Of a stretch of DNA of 64,000 nucleotides, positions 36,801-49,140 are shown piece after piece. Source of the stretch: Balamuthia mandrillaris (Eukaryota); contig JAVKOQ020000021.1 in assembly GCA_031835245.2 (NCBI GenBank), forward strand, positions 1 through 64,000, written 5' to 3'. Each line of letters opens with the position of its first letter. The stretch's first letter is position 1. The position numbers and the translations under genes are program-made. The notes under the pieces are model-generated. The model searched no databases and was not told where the DNA came from. It saw only the letters and a program-made list of their open reading frames with translations.

Positions 36801-37271
36801 TTGGAACGATGTGTGAGTCGATGTGAGTTTGTGTTGGAACTATTTTGGAAGATGAGCGCCATCTATACACTTGCAAGATGTGGAGCTTGGTATGCGCAAG
36901 GCATGTTCTTTGCTCTATTGGGCAAGATTGAAAAGGTCTTACTTTCTGTTCTTTACTTGTTTCTTCTGCCGTTGATGTAGTGGTCTTTCTACTCATAACA
37001 GGCTTACTGTTGTTGGAGCCATGCAAAGAAACTCTACAGAAGTGCACCAGACTTTCTTCCAGTGGAACGAGCTCTGATTAAGCTCGCCAAAGCCCGCTTT
37101 CCTCTCCCTTCCCTGGGTGCCTCGAAAAGTGTCCAACGAGCAACAGCTGCAATGAAGGCCTTTCAACAAATGGGTTACATCCCGTTTGCTCAGCAATGCG
37201 AGCAACTTCTTTCTTCTACATCTTCTACGTCTTCTTCTGTTACGTCTCCGCTTTTTTCTGCACGTCGTTGA
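30766..37271 (+). CDS. Soluble adenylyl cyclase (ADCY10)-like protein: two class III cyclase domains + STAND P-loop NTPase + TPR-like helical region
   Basis: FVDISGFTPLTE, KFAGDA, VDDKGAVLIAVFGLP, VVGDSVNLSARLM, IKGKEKPIPIY, Walker A GLAGMGKT, Walker B LILENCHWLD, SQGNPM, LAYHW; many GT-AG introns. Confidence 0.88.
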
Positions 37272-37459
37272 GAAAGACAACAACAACAGCAGCAAAAAAA
37301 AAAGGCAGCCACTTCTCGCTTGCGTTGGCTAAAGTAATAAAGAAGAACAGTCCGAAGTTGTGGAACTCTCGAGTGTTGACTCTCTAAATTGAGGAGGAGA
37401 GGGAAAGACTATATTGATTTTAAAGATGTCAATTACTAATTGTAGAGAGAAGTCCCATG

Positions 37460-39856
37460 TTACACTTGCCACCATTTCTTCTTTCTTCGAGTACGCCGAC
37501 GAGCAGCCACAAGCTCGGCGTCCGTTCGTATCCTCTCCTCCTCTTGCTTGCGTAACGCGGTTTCTCTTTTCCTTGCCTCTTCCAGCTGTTGTTTGCGTGC
37601 TCTTTCTAACTCAGCTAGCCTTTGTTCTCGGGCTCTTCTCTCCTCCTCTTCACGCTTGCGCCATTCTTCCATCCTTTTAGCCTCTCGCTCTTTCTTGGCG
37701 CGACGCGCTTCTTCTCTGGCCAAAGCTGATTGCCTTCTGTTTTCTGCTTCCTCACTGATGTGCTGCTGAACTGGTTCTGGAACGGAGGGCCACATTGGAG
37801 ATTTAATGACTTGGTCGTGTTGTTCGATCATGCTTGTGAGGCAATTTTGTCGAAGGCGTAGCGCTCTGTTGTGCACACAGAAAGAAATGTTAGTCGGAGG
37901 AAGCTAAAACAAGGAGAGAGGAATATAAGTAGTATGGTATGCACCTGTGTTGATCAGCAAAGAGGAAGACCTGGCATATGTCATTGCTTTCCAAGATGAG
38001 TCGAGAATATTGCGATAGCCACTCTTCACACAGCTCTGTCCAATGTCATCGTTAACGCTTGTATTAAGAGAAAGAGAGAGAGAAGGAGAGAGAGAAGAGA
38101 GAGAGAGAAGAGAGAGAGAGAGAGATTCCCACGTACCAATGAGACCAGGCAAAAAGTATTCGTTAGCGATGATCATAAGGTCAAATGCCAGTTGCACGCT
38201 ATCCTCAAAGCCCATCACTCCAAACAACGCTTCTCTTCTTCTGACAATCTCCACCTTGTGTTGGGGTTGGTCGTTCTGTCGAGCCTTTGCTAATTCATGT
38301 TCCCATTGTATCATGTCACCTACCAAAAAACTTTTCGATCAGAAAGGAGGATAGGCAAAACGAAACGCTTTTAAAGAAGAACAAGTACCGGTCGTGCTGC
38401 CACATTCCTTGAGCATCTCTTCCACGGATTGAGCAGAAGTTGAGAATTCTTCTTTGAAGATTTCTTCAGTCTCTTCATCATCATGAATGCTTTCATCTTG
38501 GTCTTCCGATTTGATGGTGGTGACGGAGGACAGGATGCGGCTGTCCGAATAAGATCTCCTTAGCCCATTGCGTCCTGCCAAACGTTGGCCTTCATCTTTC
38601 TCTTTCTCTTTCTCTTTCTCTTTCTCTTTCTCTTTCTCTTTCTCTTTCTCTTTCTCTTTCTCTTTCTCTTTCTCTTTCTCTTTCTCTTTCTCTTTCTCTT
38701 TCTCTTTCTCTTTCTCTTTCTCTTTCTCTTTTTTCCATTTGCTTTTTCTTCTGGTTTTGTCGCTTCATATGAGTTCCTTTTCTTGCTTGCGCGTTGCTTC
38801 GAACGTCAAATCTATAGACGGTGTTTGTATAAAGGTACTCCAACACGTGAACAAAAACGATCCATCGAACATCGCCCCAAAGTACTATCTTCTTTGCGGT
38901 TGCCTCTTTCATTCGTCCCAACAACATCAACCGAAAATATTCGCATCTAGTTAATACTAACTTATGCGCATATACTTCCTGATGGGAGGCAACAAAAAAA
39001 TAAGTTATGCCAATCCAGGACACAAAAGAACTTACCTTTCCTTCCACAACGAAGGAGATATCAGCATAAGTTGGGTCGTTAATGCTTCGGTGCAGGTCAC
39101 GCAATAAAGTAGACTTTGGAAACGCTTCGATAGAAAGTGCATTACTTCCTCTGCGACGGTTGTGCTCCGAAAAGGCGCTTTCTAAAGACGGAATAGCAAA
39201 TAACTTCCCCACCTGTTCCATCTTCGCTGGCGGAAACTGCAAAATATAGTCAGCAAATGAGGCAGAGATCATGCTAAACGACAGAAGTCAGACAGACCTT
39301 GGAAAAGATCCAATAGTTGCTGCAATGCAAAAACTCCAATAGAGAATAGGCAACAGAAGTAGTAAACGGCAAACCCATTGCCAAACAAAACTTTGCAGGT
39401 AGTACTATTTTTATCTTAGGCTTTTCTTCTTCTTCTTTTTCTTCTTCTTTTTCTTCTTCTCCTCTTTCCAATTTGGAGGGTAGAGTTGCAGAGTATTGAA
39501 GAAGGAACGCAAAGAGAGAAGGCGCTCTAGCAGCCAATACAAAAGCATAACAAAGTAACTCTGTGCCATTGCCCAAAGTAATGCTTACGTCTGGTGGTAT
39601 ATTTCCTTCTGTACTTAAAAACGTAAACGAAGATGAAGAGGTGGGCTCATGCATAGTTGTGCTGGAAGAAGAGGCAGAATCAGAAGTAGAACGTAAGACG
39701 GGTAGTAGTCGAGCAACAACGGTTTGGTTGGCAAGGCGGAACGCGTTGGCGAGTTGGGAGTGTAGGGTGGTACGTCCTCCCACAGACGTTACTGTCTCCA
39801 TGATTTCTGCGTCTCCTCCAAATGTGGCATAGTCCACCACTGTAAACCCTGTTTAC

Positions 39857-39906
<50 letters not shown>

Positions 39907-40704
39907 AGAGAGGGAGGGAGTAGGAAAAGAGGGTGAGAACAAGAAAGCGTGAAGAGGAGATGAAGAAGAAATACCCATAGGGTTACAGAAATTGCTGCTG
40001 ATGGCCAGGGCAAAGGTAGGATCGTCTCTTTGACGGAATGCGTCTTTCTCTCGATTTAAACCGGCCACGCAGAGCATGTTGTTTCTGCCTCTAAACTGAG
40101 TGCTGAGGTTGGCAGTACGTTTCACCGCACCCGCTTTGCCTTTGCCGTATGTCGCCACATTGTGGTCTCTTTGTTGGAGAGAAGAGGAATAAGCAGTCAA
40201 AGAACAACAAGCGGGAGAGGAAGAAGGAAGAAGGAAGAAGGAAGAAGGAAGAAGAAACCAAGAACCAAGAACCAAGAAGAATGAAGAAGAAAAAGCAGAG
40301 GAACAACACCGTAATAAAAACATACTTGATTAGCTGTCGTATTTCTTCAGTCAAGGCACCAAGGTAACACCGTTGTCCATCTGTGGTATCCAGGTCCACT
40401 AGAGGTTTAATAGCTATGTGTGAGCAGCACTCCAAACAAAAAGCGTGGAGGGCAACTTACGGGTGGCTCCTCTGCTGAGAAGATACTCCACAACAGGCCT
40501 GTGCCCGCAAAGACAAGCCAAGTAAACGGGAGTGTTGTTGTAAAAGTCGGCCGCGTTCACGTCGGCTCGCTCAACCTCCACAAACTCCCTCACCTTATCG
40601 AGAAGGCCCTGCTTGGCGGCATGATGGAGGGTCAAGTATTCTTGCTCTTGCTGCTTTTGCTGTTGTGCGCGTTCTTGGCTGCTGCGAAGAGCGTTGCGCA
40701 ACAT
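37460..40704 (-). CDS. Ankyrin repeat and BTB/POZ domain protein (ABTB1-like) with C-terminal coiled coil
   Basis: LHHAAKQGLLDKVREFVE, TPVYLACLCGHRPVVEYLL, DGQRCYLGALTEEIR; BTBs PDVSITL...FVLAARAP and YADISFVVEGKEVYAHKLVLTRCEYFR; IANEYFLP. Confidence 0.85.
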
Positions 40705-41526
40705 GGGCGATGGAAGCTGGTCTACGTGGAGGTCTTTTTGTTTCGCCGAAGGTTGCGTTGGTTCCCACCACCGGTACTTGACTTTCTGTGCTAAAGGTTT
40801 TACGTATTTTGTCTTTATCGGCAGCCTTCACATAATGCAAAGCCGTAGCAAAGACCAAAAAGAGGAGCCCACGAACACGCAGCCAGCAGCAGCCAGCAGA
40901 GGGCAGACCTCTATCGACAGGGTGGCTGACCTCCAAGCCCAGTGCCCCGGCTACATCCGGGTGCAATCACCCGTTACGGCCGCGGCAGAGGCGGTTTGGT
41001 GGTGCTGTGCGAGTCCGCTCTGGCCACCTCCTTTCACGAGTTCTTTCCTGCAAACCGTTAGAACGACAACAACACAATAGCTGACGGGTCTTGCTGGAGA
41101 CAGTTTGTTGGCCTCTGGGTCCCGGCCGCAGGGATCGAGAGATTTGCATAGACGACCCCTAGGGGTGGGAGTTATGATGTGACACAAGCAGGCCGAACAG
41201 CCATTATTGGAGGGAGCACCGACAGGCATTCGCAAGCACCATTTGGCCGAAAGAAGGAAAGCCCCGCGTGACCTGCACGTCGCTTCGTTCGAAACAACAA
41301 ACCCAAAAGGACAAACCGGGGGTGGTGGGGGGGGGAGAGGGGGGGAGGGGTTGGGACCAACAACCTTTCCCTTTTTTCTTTTTTAGGTTTGGTTTGGGAG
41401 CGGGCGAACCTTTCCCTCTTTTCTTATTATAGGTTCTATAGAGAAGAGACAAAGCCATCCGCAGACACCGAACCAAACTGGGAGCTCCACACGCGCATTT
41501 CTTGAACAAGACAAACGGTAGTCTAC

Positions 41527-44181
41527 ATGCCTAGCCCACATCCGAGGATGTGCACGCTTGCTGTCGCCATCGGCTTGCTGGTGTTGGTGGTGGGCCATGC
41601 AGCCGCCAAACAAAGCGTCAACTTTGACTTTGCATGGCGTCACTTTCTCGGGGACCCAACTCCCCAGCACCTCGCTTCATCTTCCCGCCTGTCGCCGCCA
41701 CCAGCCTCTCAACCCAGCTTTGACGATTCTTCTTGGTCGTTGGTGGACGCTCCCCACGACATGCTCATCCACCAACAGTTCAACGTCGATGAGGACCGAC
41801 ATCAAGCCTTTCTGCCTCGCGGCAGCGGTTGGTACCGGAAGCACTTCAACGTGCCCTCCTCTTGGCAGAACTCTTCCGTTTGGGTGTACTTTGAAGGCGT
41901 GTTTCACGAGACCAAGTTCTGGCTCAACGGTGAACAAGTCTTCTCGCATGCCTCCGGCTACACCTCCTTCTTCTTTCGCATCGACAAGCAGCTGTTCTAT
42001 GAAAAGGAGAACGTGTTGGCGGTGTACGTGAACGCCTCCACTGGCACAGGGTGGTGGTACGAAGGAGGAGGTCTCATGAGACACCAGTTCCTGGTACAGG
42101 CCCACCGCACTCACATTATCCCGGACTCAACCTGGGTGTTTGCAAAGGTGGAAAGCAAGGACATTCTCAACGCCACAGCCGCCAAACAGGCTGTCTTCTA
42201 TCTGCAGACGGACGTTGCCAACGATGCCTCCGCAGCGGCCAGTGTGCGAGTACGTGCAACGCTGCTATCTCAAGACGGCAAAAGAAAGCTGGCTAGTGTA
42301 ACTTCTGCAAGCAACACCATTCCTGGAGGCTCACACGCTCAATTCTCTGTTGCCATACCACTTAAGCTGGTCAACCTGTGGAGCATTACCAAACCCTACG
42401 TCTACACTATGCAAGTGGAGGTGCTTGACAAAAGCGACAACGTTGTTGACCAGGACAGCGTGCCAGCTGGTGCGCGAACAACCCGCTTCGATGCAAACCA
42501 TGGCTTCTTCCTCAACGAGCAACCGGTCAAGCTGCGTGGCTTCTGCGACCACTCCACCTTTGGAGGTGTTGGAGGAGCCGTCCCTGACCGCGTGAACCTG
42601 TTCCGTGTTCAAGCTCTTCGCAGCATCGGTGCCAACGCCTGGAGGATGGCCCACAATCCACCTGAGCCCTCTCGCTTGAGCTTCATGGATTACCTTGGTA
42701 TGGCCGCCATGGACGAGAACAGGGATTATGGCGGTCACATCGGCCAAGGTGGCAACACCTCGGAGACAGCTGCCGATGAGGTGATGGACATGGGAGACAT
42801 GGTAAGGAGAGACCGTATCCATCCCTCCGTCATCCTGTGGTCCTTCTGCAATGAGGTGGGTTGCAACAATGAGACCTCCGCCAAACCCTTCCGTAATATC
42901 ACTTATGCTTTGGATGGCACCCGTCCTGTCACACAAAATCAACTCCTCACCAATACCTCCAGCTTCTACTTGGACGTTCAAGGCTTCAGCCACAACGTTG
43001 GCCTTGTCTTTGACCTATTCCATAAACGCGAACCAACTAAGCCAACATTGGCCACCGAGTGCTGCAGCTGTAGCTCCCAAAGAGGGGAGGATGCTGACCT
43101 CACACCTGCCAACATACCAGCAGCCAACGCCACTCGCCCTGGTCTCTTCTATAACAATCTCATTCAAGAGTGCATGGCCCTTCAGGTGCTCTATTCCGAC
43201 TCACGCGAGTTTGTCTCTGGCACGTTTGTCTGGTCTGGCTTTGATTACTATGGCGAGTCAGTAGGTTGGCCACAAGTGGCCAAGTGCCGTGGTGTCATCG
43301 GCGACTTGGCTGGCTTTACCAAAGAGACGGCCTACTGGTTCAAGTCCTGGTGGCTCTCCGCAATTCCTACTACAGACGCTGGCAGACCGGCGCTTCCCCC
43401 TGAGCCAACCATCTTCATTGTAGAGTCTTGGGTGCCGTTGTTGAACGGCTCCATCTTTACCGACCGCCACATCCATGTCTACGGCAGCACACCCACCGTG
43501 GACCTCCTCCTCAATGGCAAGTCCTTTGGCAAGAAGGATATGCCTCACTTTGGGGCAGTGTCCTACAAAGTTGCTTACGCTCCTGGAAATGTGACTGCCA
43601 TTGGCATGGATAATGATGGCAAAGTTGTGGCTACGTACAGCATATTCTCTGCAGGACAACCAGCCGCCATTCAGCTATCTATTGACGCACCCTCCAAGAC
43701 TACTGGCACTGGAGACTATCTTGTCCTGGATGGGCAGGACACGGCCATGCTTCGCGCAACCATTGTGGACGCCAACGGCGTGGTCGTGCCCAACGCCACC
43801 AACAACGTGACTTTTAGCATCATATCAGGAGATGGCGCTGTCGTTGCAACTCACAACGGCGATCCGGCTTCACGCAGCCCTGCTAATGCCACGTGGCACG
43901 CTGCCTATCACGCCCTCGTTCGTTGCTTTGTGAGGTCGACCAAGGATGAAGCTTCTCCCTTTGAAATGAGGCGGCTGATGGCTTTTGTGGATGTGGATGG
44001 AGGTCGATTGACCCGATATAGCGATGTGCGCCGTTTCGCGGAGGATCCTCAACCCATTGTGGTGAGGGCTGACAGCCCCGGTCTGAAAGGGGCCGTCATC
44101 AGCATCTCCACCTCTCGTGACCCTTCCCTCTCGGCCTTACGCCTCGTCGTGTCCCAAGGTAATGCACTTTTTTCATCTTAA
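41527..44181 (+). CDS. Secreted glycoside hydrolase family 2 (beta-galactosidase-like), intronless, 884 aa
   Basis: Signal peptide; GWYRKHF, FEGVF, WWYEGGG, LRGFCDH, NAWRMAHNPP, LWSFCNE (acid/base), ATECC (nucleophile), GTFVWSGFDYYGE. Confidence 0.93.
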   Translation: MPSPHPRMCTLAVAIGLLVLVVGHAAAKQSVNFDFAWRHFLGDPTPQHLASSSRLSPPPASQPSFDDSSWSLVDAPHDMLIHQQFNVDEDRHQAFLPRGSGWYRKHFNVPSSWQNSSVWVYFEGVFHETKFWLNGEQVFSHASGYTSFFFRIDKQLFYEKENVLAVYVNASTGTGWWYEGGGLMRHQFLVQAHRTHIIPDSTWVFAKVESKDILNATAAKQAVFYLQTDVANDASAAASVRVRATLLSQDGKRKLASVTSASNTIPGGSHAQFSVAIPLKLVNLWSITKPYVYTMQVEVLDKSDNVVDQDSVPAGARTTRFDANHGFFLNEQPVKLRGFCDHSTFGGVGGAVPDRVNLFRVQALRSIGANAWRMAHNPPEPSRLSFMDYLGMAAMDENRDYGGHIGQGGNTSETAADEVMDMGDMVRRDRIHPSVILWSFCNEVGCNNETSAKPFRNITYALDGTRPVTQNQLLTNTSSFYLDVQGFSHNVGLVFDLFHKREPTKPTLATECCSCSSQRGEDADLTPANIPAANATRPGLFYNNLIQECMALQVLYSDSREFVSGTFVWSGFDYYGESVGWPQVAKCRGVIGDLAGFTKETAYWFKSWWLSAIPTTDAGRPALPPEPTIFIVESWVPLLNGSIFTDRHIHVYGSTPTVDLLLNGKSFGKKDMPHFGAVSYKVAYAPGNVTAIGMDNDGKVVATYSIFSAGQPAAIQLSIDAPSKTTGTGDYLVLDGQDTAMLRATIVDANGVVVPNATNNVTFSIISGDGAVVATHNGDPASRSPANATWHAAYHALVRCFVRSTKDEASPFEMRRLMAFVDVDGGRLTRYSDVRRFAEDPQPIVVRADSPGLKGAVISISTSRDPSLSALRLVVSQGNALFSS

Positions 44182-44572
44182 TTCCCATTTGTATTTTCTT
44201 TGGTTCTATTCTAAACATTTAAGACTGCGCCAATGCATTCCCTTCCTACCAAGAGAGGAGAGAGTAACGAGAGGGAAGGGTCAACGGGAGGTGGGGATGC
44301 TGATGACAGCCACGAGGGACGGGCGAGAAAAGGGACATATATGGGTGAACCAATAAGAATCAAAGGATCGTAATTTGCCAAATAAGGGAATTGTAGATCG
44401 ATAGATCAACTTCGATCAAATCAAAAGAAAGGAAGAGAAAAGAAAGGAAGAGAGAGGAAGAGAGAAGAGCGAGGGTGAAGACGAACACTGCTGCTTCTTT
44501 GGCAGAAAGAAAGTGTAGCAGAGGACAGTATACAGGGGGAAATACAAACGTTTGGCCAATAAAAACAAAAAA

Positions 44573-45958
44573 ATGCGAATCAACACGCTTCAGAAATTGG
44601 TCATTGGCACGCTCTTTATTTCGGCCTGTTTGACGCTGTGGGGCTGGCGCTCTGTTCCTTCTCTTCCTCCTGCTACCTCCACGAAGAAGCCGCCTTCATC
44701 TTCTCTTCCACCAGGTCATCTTTCATCATCCCCTCTTTCCTCCCGCTCTGTCTCCGTTGTTTCTTCTCCTTCTCCTCCTGTTACTGCTCCTCCTTCAATT
44801 ACACCTCCCCCTCCGATTACTCCTGTTACTTCTCCTCATCCTCCTCCCGTTGCTCCCCCTCCGATTACTCCTCCTCCTTCTCCTGCCTCCCCTTTGCCTG
44901 TTGGTCACCGACCTCTCAGGGTTCCTCCTCCTCGATCTTCCTCACCCACAAAGCCTCCTCCTAAACTTGAAACAGGACCAAAGCTTCTGCCCTCTCGACA
45001 AGGAGACGGCAGACAACGCAGGCCAGACACACCAAGAGCCAACACGCAGCCGCAGCTGCCACCGCAGCCGCAAACACCGCCACTTGATGAGCACAAGTTT
45101 CTTTTCATAGCAGGCGTGCATCGCAGCGGAACTACCATTACCCATGCTGCCCTCCGCGACCATCCTGGTAACAACTCCTTACCATATATGCTTTAGTTAC
45201 ACTCTGGACTGACTACTGTTTCTGGTCTGATGGTTATTTTGTTTGTGCTTGTGCTTGTGCTTGTATCTCTCTTTATTGTCACTGCTTGTTGTTGCTTTCA
45301 TTCCTTCCATTTCTTTTTCATGCATGTAGACATATCAGGATTCAAAAACACCAAAGTAGTGATGGACGAGGGGCAGTTCTTAACAAAAGTGCTTCCCACT
45401 GGTAAGACCTTTGGTGGCTTCAGCAAGTTTGCCTTCGACAGTAGGGCTCATCTCACGGAGGCCCACCACCTCAACACGAAAGAGAATTCGGATCAATTGT
45501 TCGCCGATTGGAGCCGTTATTGGAACTTGTCCAAGCCCGTTTTGATGGAAAAGAGTCCACCCCACACCATGCAACTTCGTTTGTTGAACGCTTTGTTCAA
45601 AGACAAGGCAAGCATCCTCTGTTCTCTCTTGCCCTCTCTCGTTTTTCTTCTCTATTATTCTCTTTCTCATCTCTCATTCTCTTACATGAATGCTCACTTC
45701 AACCAATAATAAATTAAAGGGAGAACGATATTTCTTGGTGGTGCAACGACATCCCGTAGCTACCACGCTTGCGATAATGTTTTGGGGTAAAAAGCCTCGC
45801 GCTCTTACGAAGAAAGACGAGGTCAACTTTTGGTCGTTAATAGAGCACTGGCTCATCCAAAATGAGCGCATGAGGGAGGACGCCACCTTTTTGGATAACG
45901 TGGTGGTGGTTCGGTACGAGGAGTTTATGGCTTATCCTCAGGTGCCTTTACTCTTGTC

Positions 45959-45989
<31 letters not shown>

Positions 45990-46535
45990 TTCTTCTTCTT
46001 CTTCTTCTTCTTCTTCTTCTTCTTCTTCTTCTTCTTCTTCTATTTCTTCTTCTTCTCTTTGTGCCTCTTCTCTCTTCTCATGTTGTTTATAACAATAGGA
46101 TTACTTGTTATATCTGCACCGGTGGTTGGGTGTAAAACCGGACCCTTTGCGGCAGAAGCTTACGGATAGCACTAACGACAAGTATTACAACGCATTGCTA
46201 TCCAGCTGTAATTTGTTTGGTATGTCCTCCTTTCTTCTTTCTCTCTCCTTCTCTCTTTTGGTCTTCTCTTTTCTATCTCTCTTTGACTCCTGGAATTTCC
46301 AACTACAGAAGGGCGGCAAGGAGTCTGCAACGATAAAACAATCAGGTACACAAGCATTGACAGCAGATCCAAATACCAAGAGCTCAAAGAGAGAGTGGAG
46401 AGTTTCGGTTATTCTATGGAAGATCCTTTTTCATTGCCTGAGGTGCCATGCAGCGGCAAGCTCCTTCCACACGAGAGATTGTGGTGCGACCGGTTGATAA
46501 CACCCACAATGCTTCTTCATGGACCAACAAAATAG
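44573..46535 (+). CDS. Type II membrane sulfotransferase with Pro-rich stem
   Basis: N-terminal TM; FLFIAGVHRSGTT (5'-PSB loop), MEKSPPH, VVQRHPV, VVVVRYEEF. Last exon ends LHGPTK* at 46533-46535. Confidence 0.85.
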
Positions 46536-46699
46536 CACCAAGCAAAACTTAGAAGAGAGGTGGAGGAGGGAGGGTTTTCGTGCTTTTTTTGCTTATTTAT
46601 AAAATGTGAACATGTGTGTGGTTAGTGTTCACCTTCATCTAAAGATATCAAAAAAAAACAAACTATAAACAATCAGAGAAGGCAACGACCATCAAGATT

Positions 46700-47185
46700 T
46701 CACAAGTTGGTGTTGCTTCTGGTTTGCACAAAAGCCTTGTCGCTTACACAGACCACATCTTCTCCAGGAACCCAACTGCAAAAGAAGTTACTCAGCAAAC
46801 AACAAAACGACAAAGCAAAAAAGAGGGAAAGAATGGCACCTGTTTCTCTTCTTTCCCACGGGTTCCATCATGTTGTTCCAAAGGCCAACGGCAGCTGCTC
46901 TGTGAGCCTTTTCGGAGAAATGGAAGCAGTCCGGAGCGAGATAAGATGTGTCAGCCTCTCCATCCTCCTTCACAGGAATGGTCGTGTTGGAGAGAAACGG
47001 TTGTATGACAACGGTGAAGTCCTCCTTGTCGTTAAGCTCAGGGATCAAGACAAGCGCCTCCAACCGTTTGTTGTACTCCTTGGACAGGGCCGATGTGGCT
47101 TCTCTCACGGATACATCATCAGAGACGCCACATGGGCATTCGTACAGATGTAACAGACTGCAAAAACCTTGTGAAGCTGTTCCGA

Positions 47186-47226
<41 letters not shown>

Positions 47227-48301
47227 GAATGTAATTTTAGCAGCATTGATGGTAACGAATGAAGAGTAGGTACCTTTGTGGAGGTTGGTGACATCAAGGG
47301 CGAGAACAAGGTTGACAAAGAGACGAGGCACGCTGTTCTTCAGCCTCAACAGCACTTCTTTGATGTGTGCCTCGAACTTATCAGCGCTGTAATCTTCGGG
47401 CTCCTCGCAACTGGCACAAAGGTCGTTGCCACCGATGAAGAGGGTGAGCAGCTTCCAGTCTTTCTGAATGTCCAATCCTTGGATCTCTCCCAGTCGCTCC
47501 AACAGCAAGTCCACTTGCCCGTCCAAATCGGCAGCAACGGAACCCGTTATCGCCACGTTCAGCCTTGAGTTGTCAAAGTCTTCCACATCTCCTGTAAAAT
47601 GACAATACAAAAGGATGTTTAGAGGATACCCAAAAATAAATAAAAGAACACGAACAAAGACAGCGAGAAGCACAAACAAAGAAGAGTAATGAAGAATGAA
47701 GAATGAATGGAGAATGATGAAGAATGAAGAACGGAGAATGAAGCACTAAGAACGATGAAGAATGAAGAATGAAGAATGAAAAGAGGAAGAGCAACAACAA
47801 ACCTGTTCCAACAGAGAAGCCCTTGACCAAAGGGTCATACTTCCTGAACAAGTTAGGCACCGTCGTGACCGACTCCAGCGTCGAATCTCCTCCAATGGAC
47901 CAGGAGACGCCCCTGTACTCGGTCAATATGCCAAACACGGTCTTGGCCTTGGCGCCAAAGCCAGCGGTGATGCTGTCCCCCATGGCCATGACCACACGAA
48001 AGTCGGAGGGGTGAAGGCGGTGCACCGAGGTGGGGGGGTCCTCGATGGGGGAAGGCGCAAAGGGGCAGTCCTCCCCAGCCCTCTTACCGTGAGTGGACTC
48101 GAAAAGGGGGGAAGGCGTTTGGAGCTCGTAGAGGTGTTTGAGGTACAAGATCTGGGAGAGCCCCAGCTGACGGTGAGGGGGGAGGTGGGGCCAGTGACGC
48201 TTCACCATCTCCAGCAAGTAGGTGCCATCATCATCAGCCTCTCCCTTTGCCTACAGATTTGTTTGAGTGAGAAACAAAAGAGATCAAAGAAGAAAGAGTG
48301 G

Positions 48302-48348
<47 letters not shown>

Positions 48349-48478
48349 GATAAGATGAAGGTTCGTGGTGTTGCTGTTGTTGTTGGGTGAGCAGGCCGTT
48401 GTGAGCACCCACAAACGAGCTGCCCCAACAAGCAAGCACCACCACGAACAGCACCAAAGCGGACCGTTGGCAATGCAT
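46700..48478 (-). CDS. Secreted phospholipase B1-like SGNH/GDSL lipase
   Basis: Signal peptide; SVHRLHPSDFRVVMAMGDSITAGFG, EYRGVSWSIGG, LNVAITG, DWKLLTLFIGGNDLC, YLAPDCFHFS, GLWNNMMEPVG. Confidence 0.9.
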
Positions 48479-49140
48479 CACTCTTTGCTGTCGTTTGTGG
48501 GAAAAAAAAACACAGGGGCGCTATGGGGGGTCAAAGCCTTCGCAGTGGACTTTCGCTTCTTCTTCGCTTTTTTTCTCCTTTCTTCTGCTGTAATGGCGAT
48601 TATTTATTGCAATTATTATGAATATTATTCATCGTATATATTAAAAGAGAGACAAAGCCAAGGGCGGATGAAACACGTCACGCGATCCCTCCCTTACTTT
48701 GCTTATCATGATCTGTCCGCAGTAAATATCAAACCACGTCATTCCATTCCTTTAAACGGCTGAAAAGAAATGGCAAGGGACAAAAGGGCAGCAAAAATAG
48801 TCCCTGCGCTTCCCTGCTACTTTTAGCGGGGAAAATTAGTGTCGACAAGGACCACCGTCAAACCAAACCATTGCGCGTTAGTCATAAGCGGATTCCCCGC
48901 CGCTGCTGCTGCTGGGCGATGACTTCACGCGGAGGGTCGAAAAGCTCTCATGGTCACGTGAAGCACAAGGCCTATCACGTTCTGGCTGTTCTGGTCCTGT
49001 TTGGTGCAACTCTGGTCCTGTTTGGTGCAACTCTTTGTGAAAGTGGTAACGGACGGATCGACTGGGCACAGTCGGGCCAAAATCCCACCCTGCAGCGGAG
49101 AGTGTATGCAGAAGAACAGACAGAATATTTTTTTGTGTTT

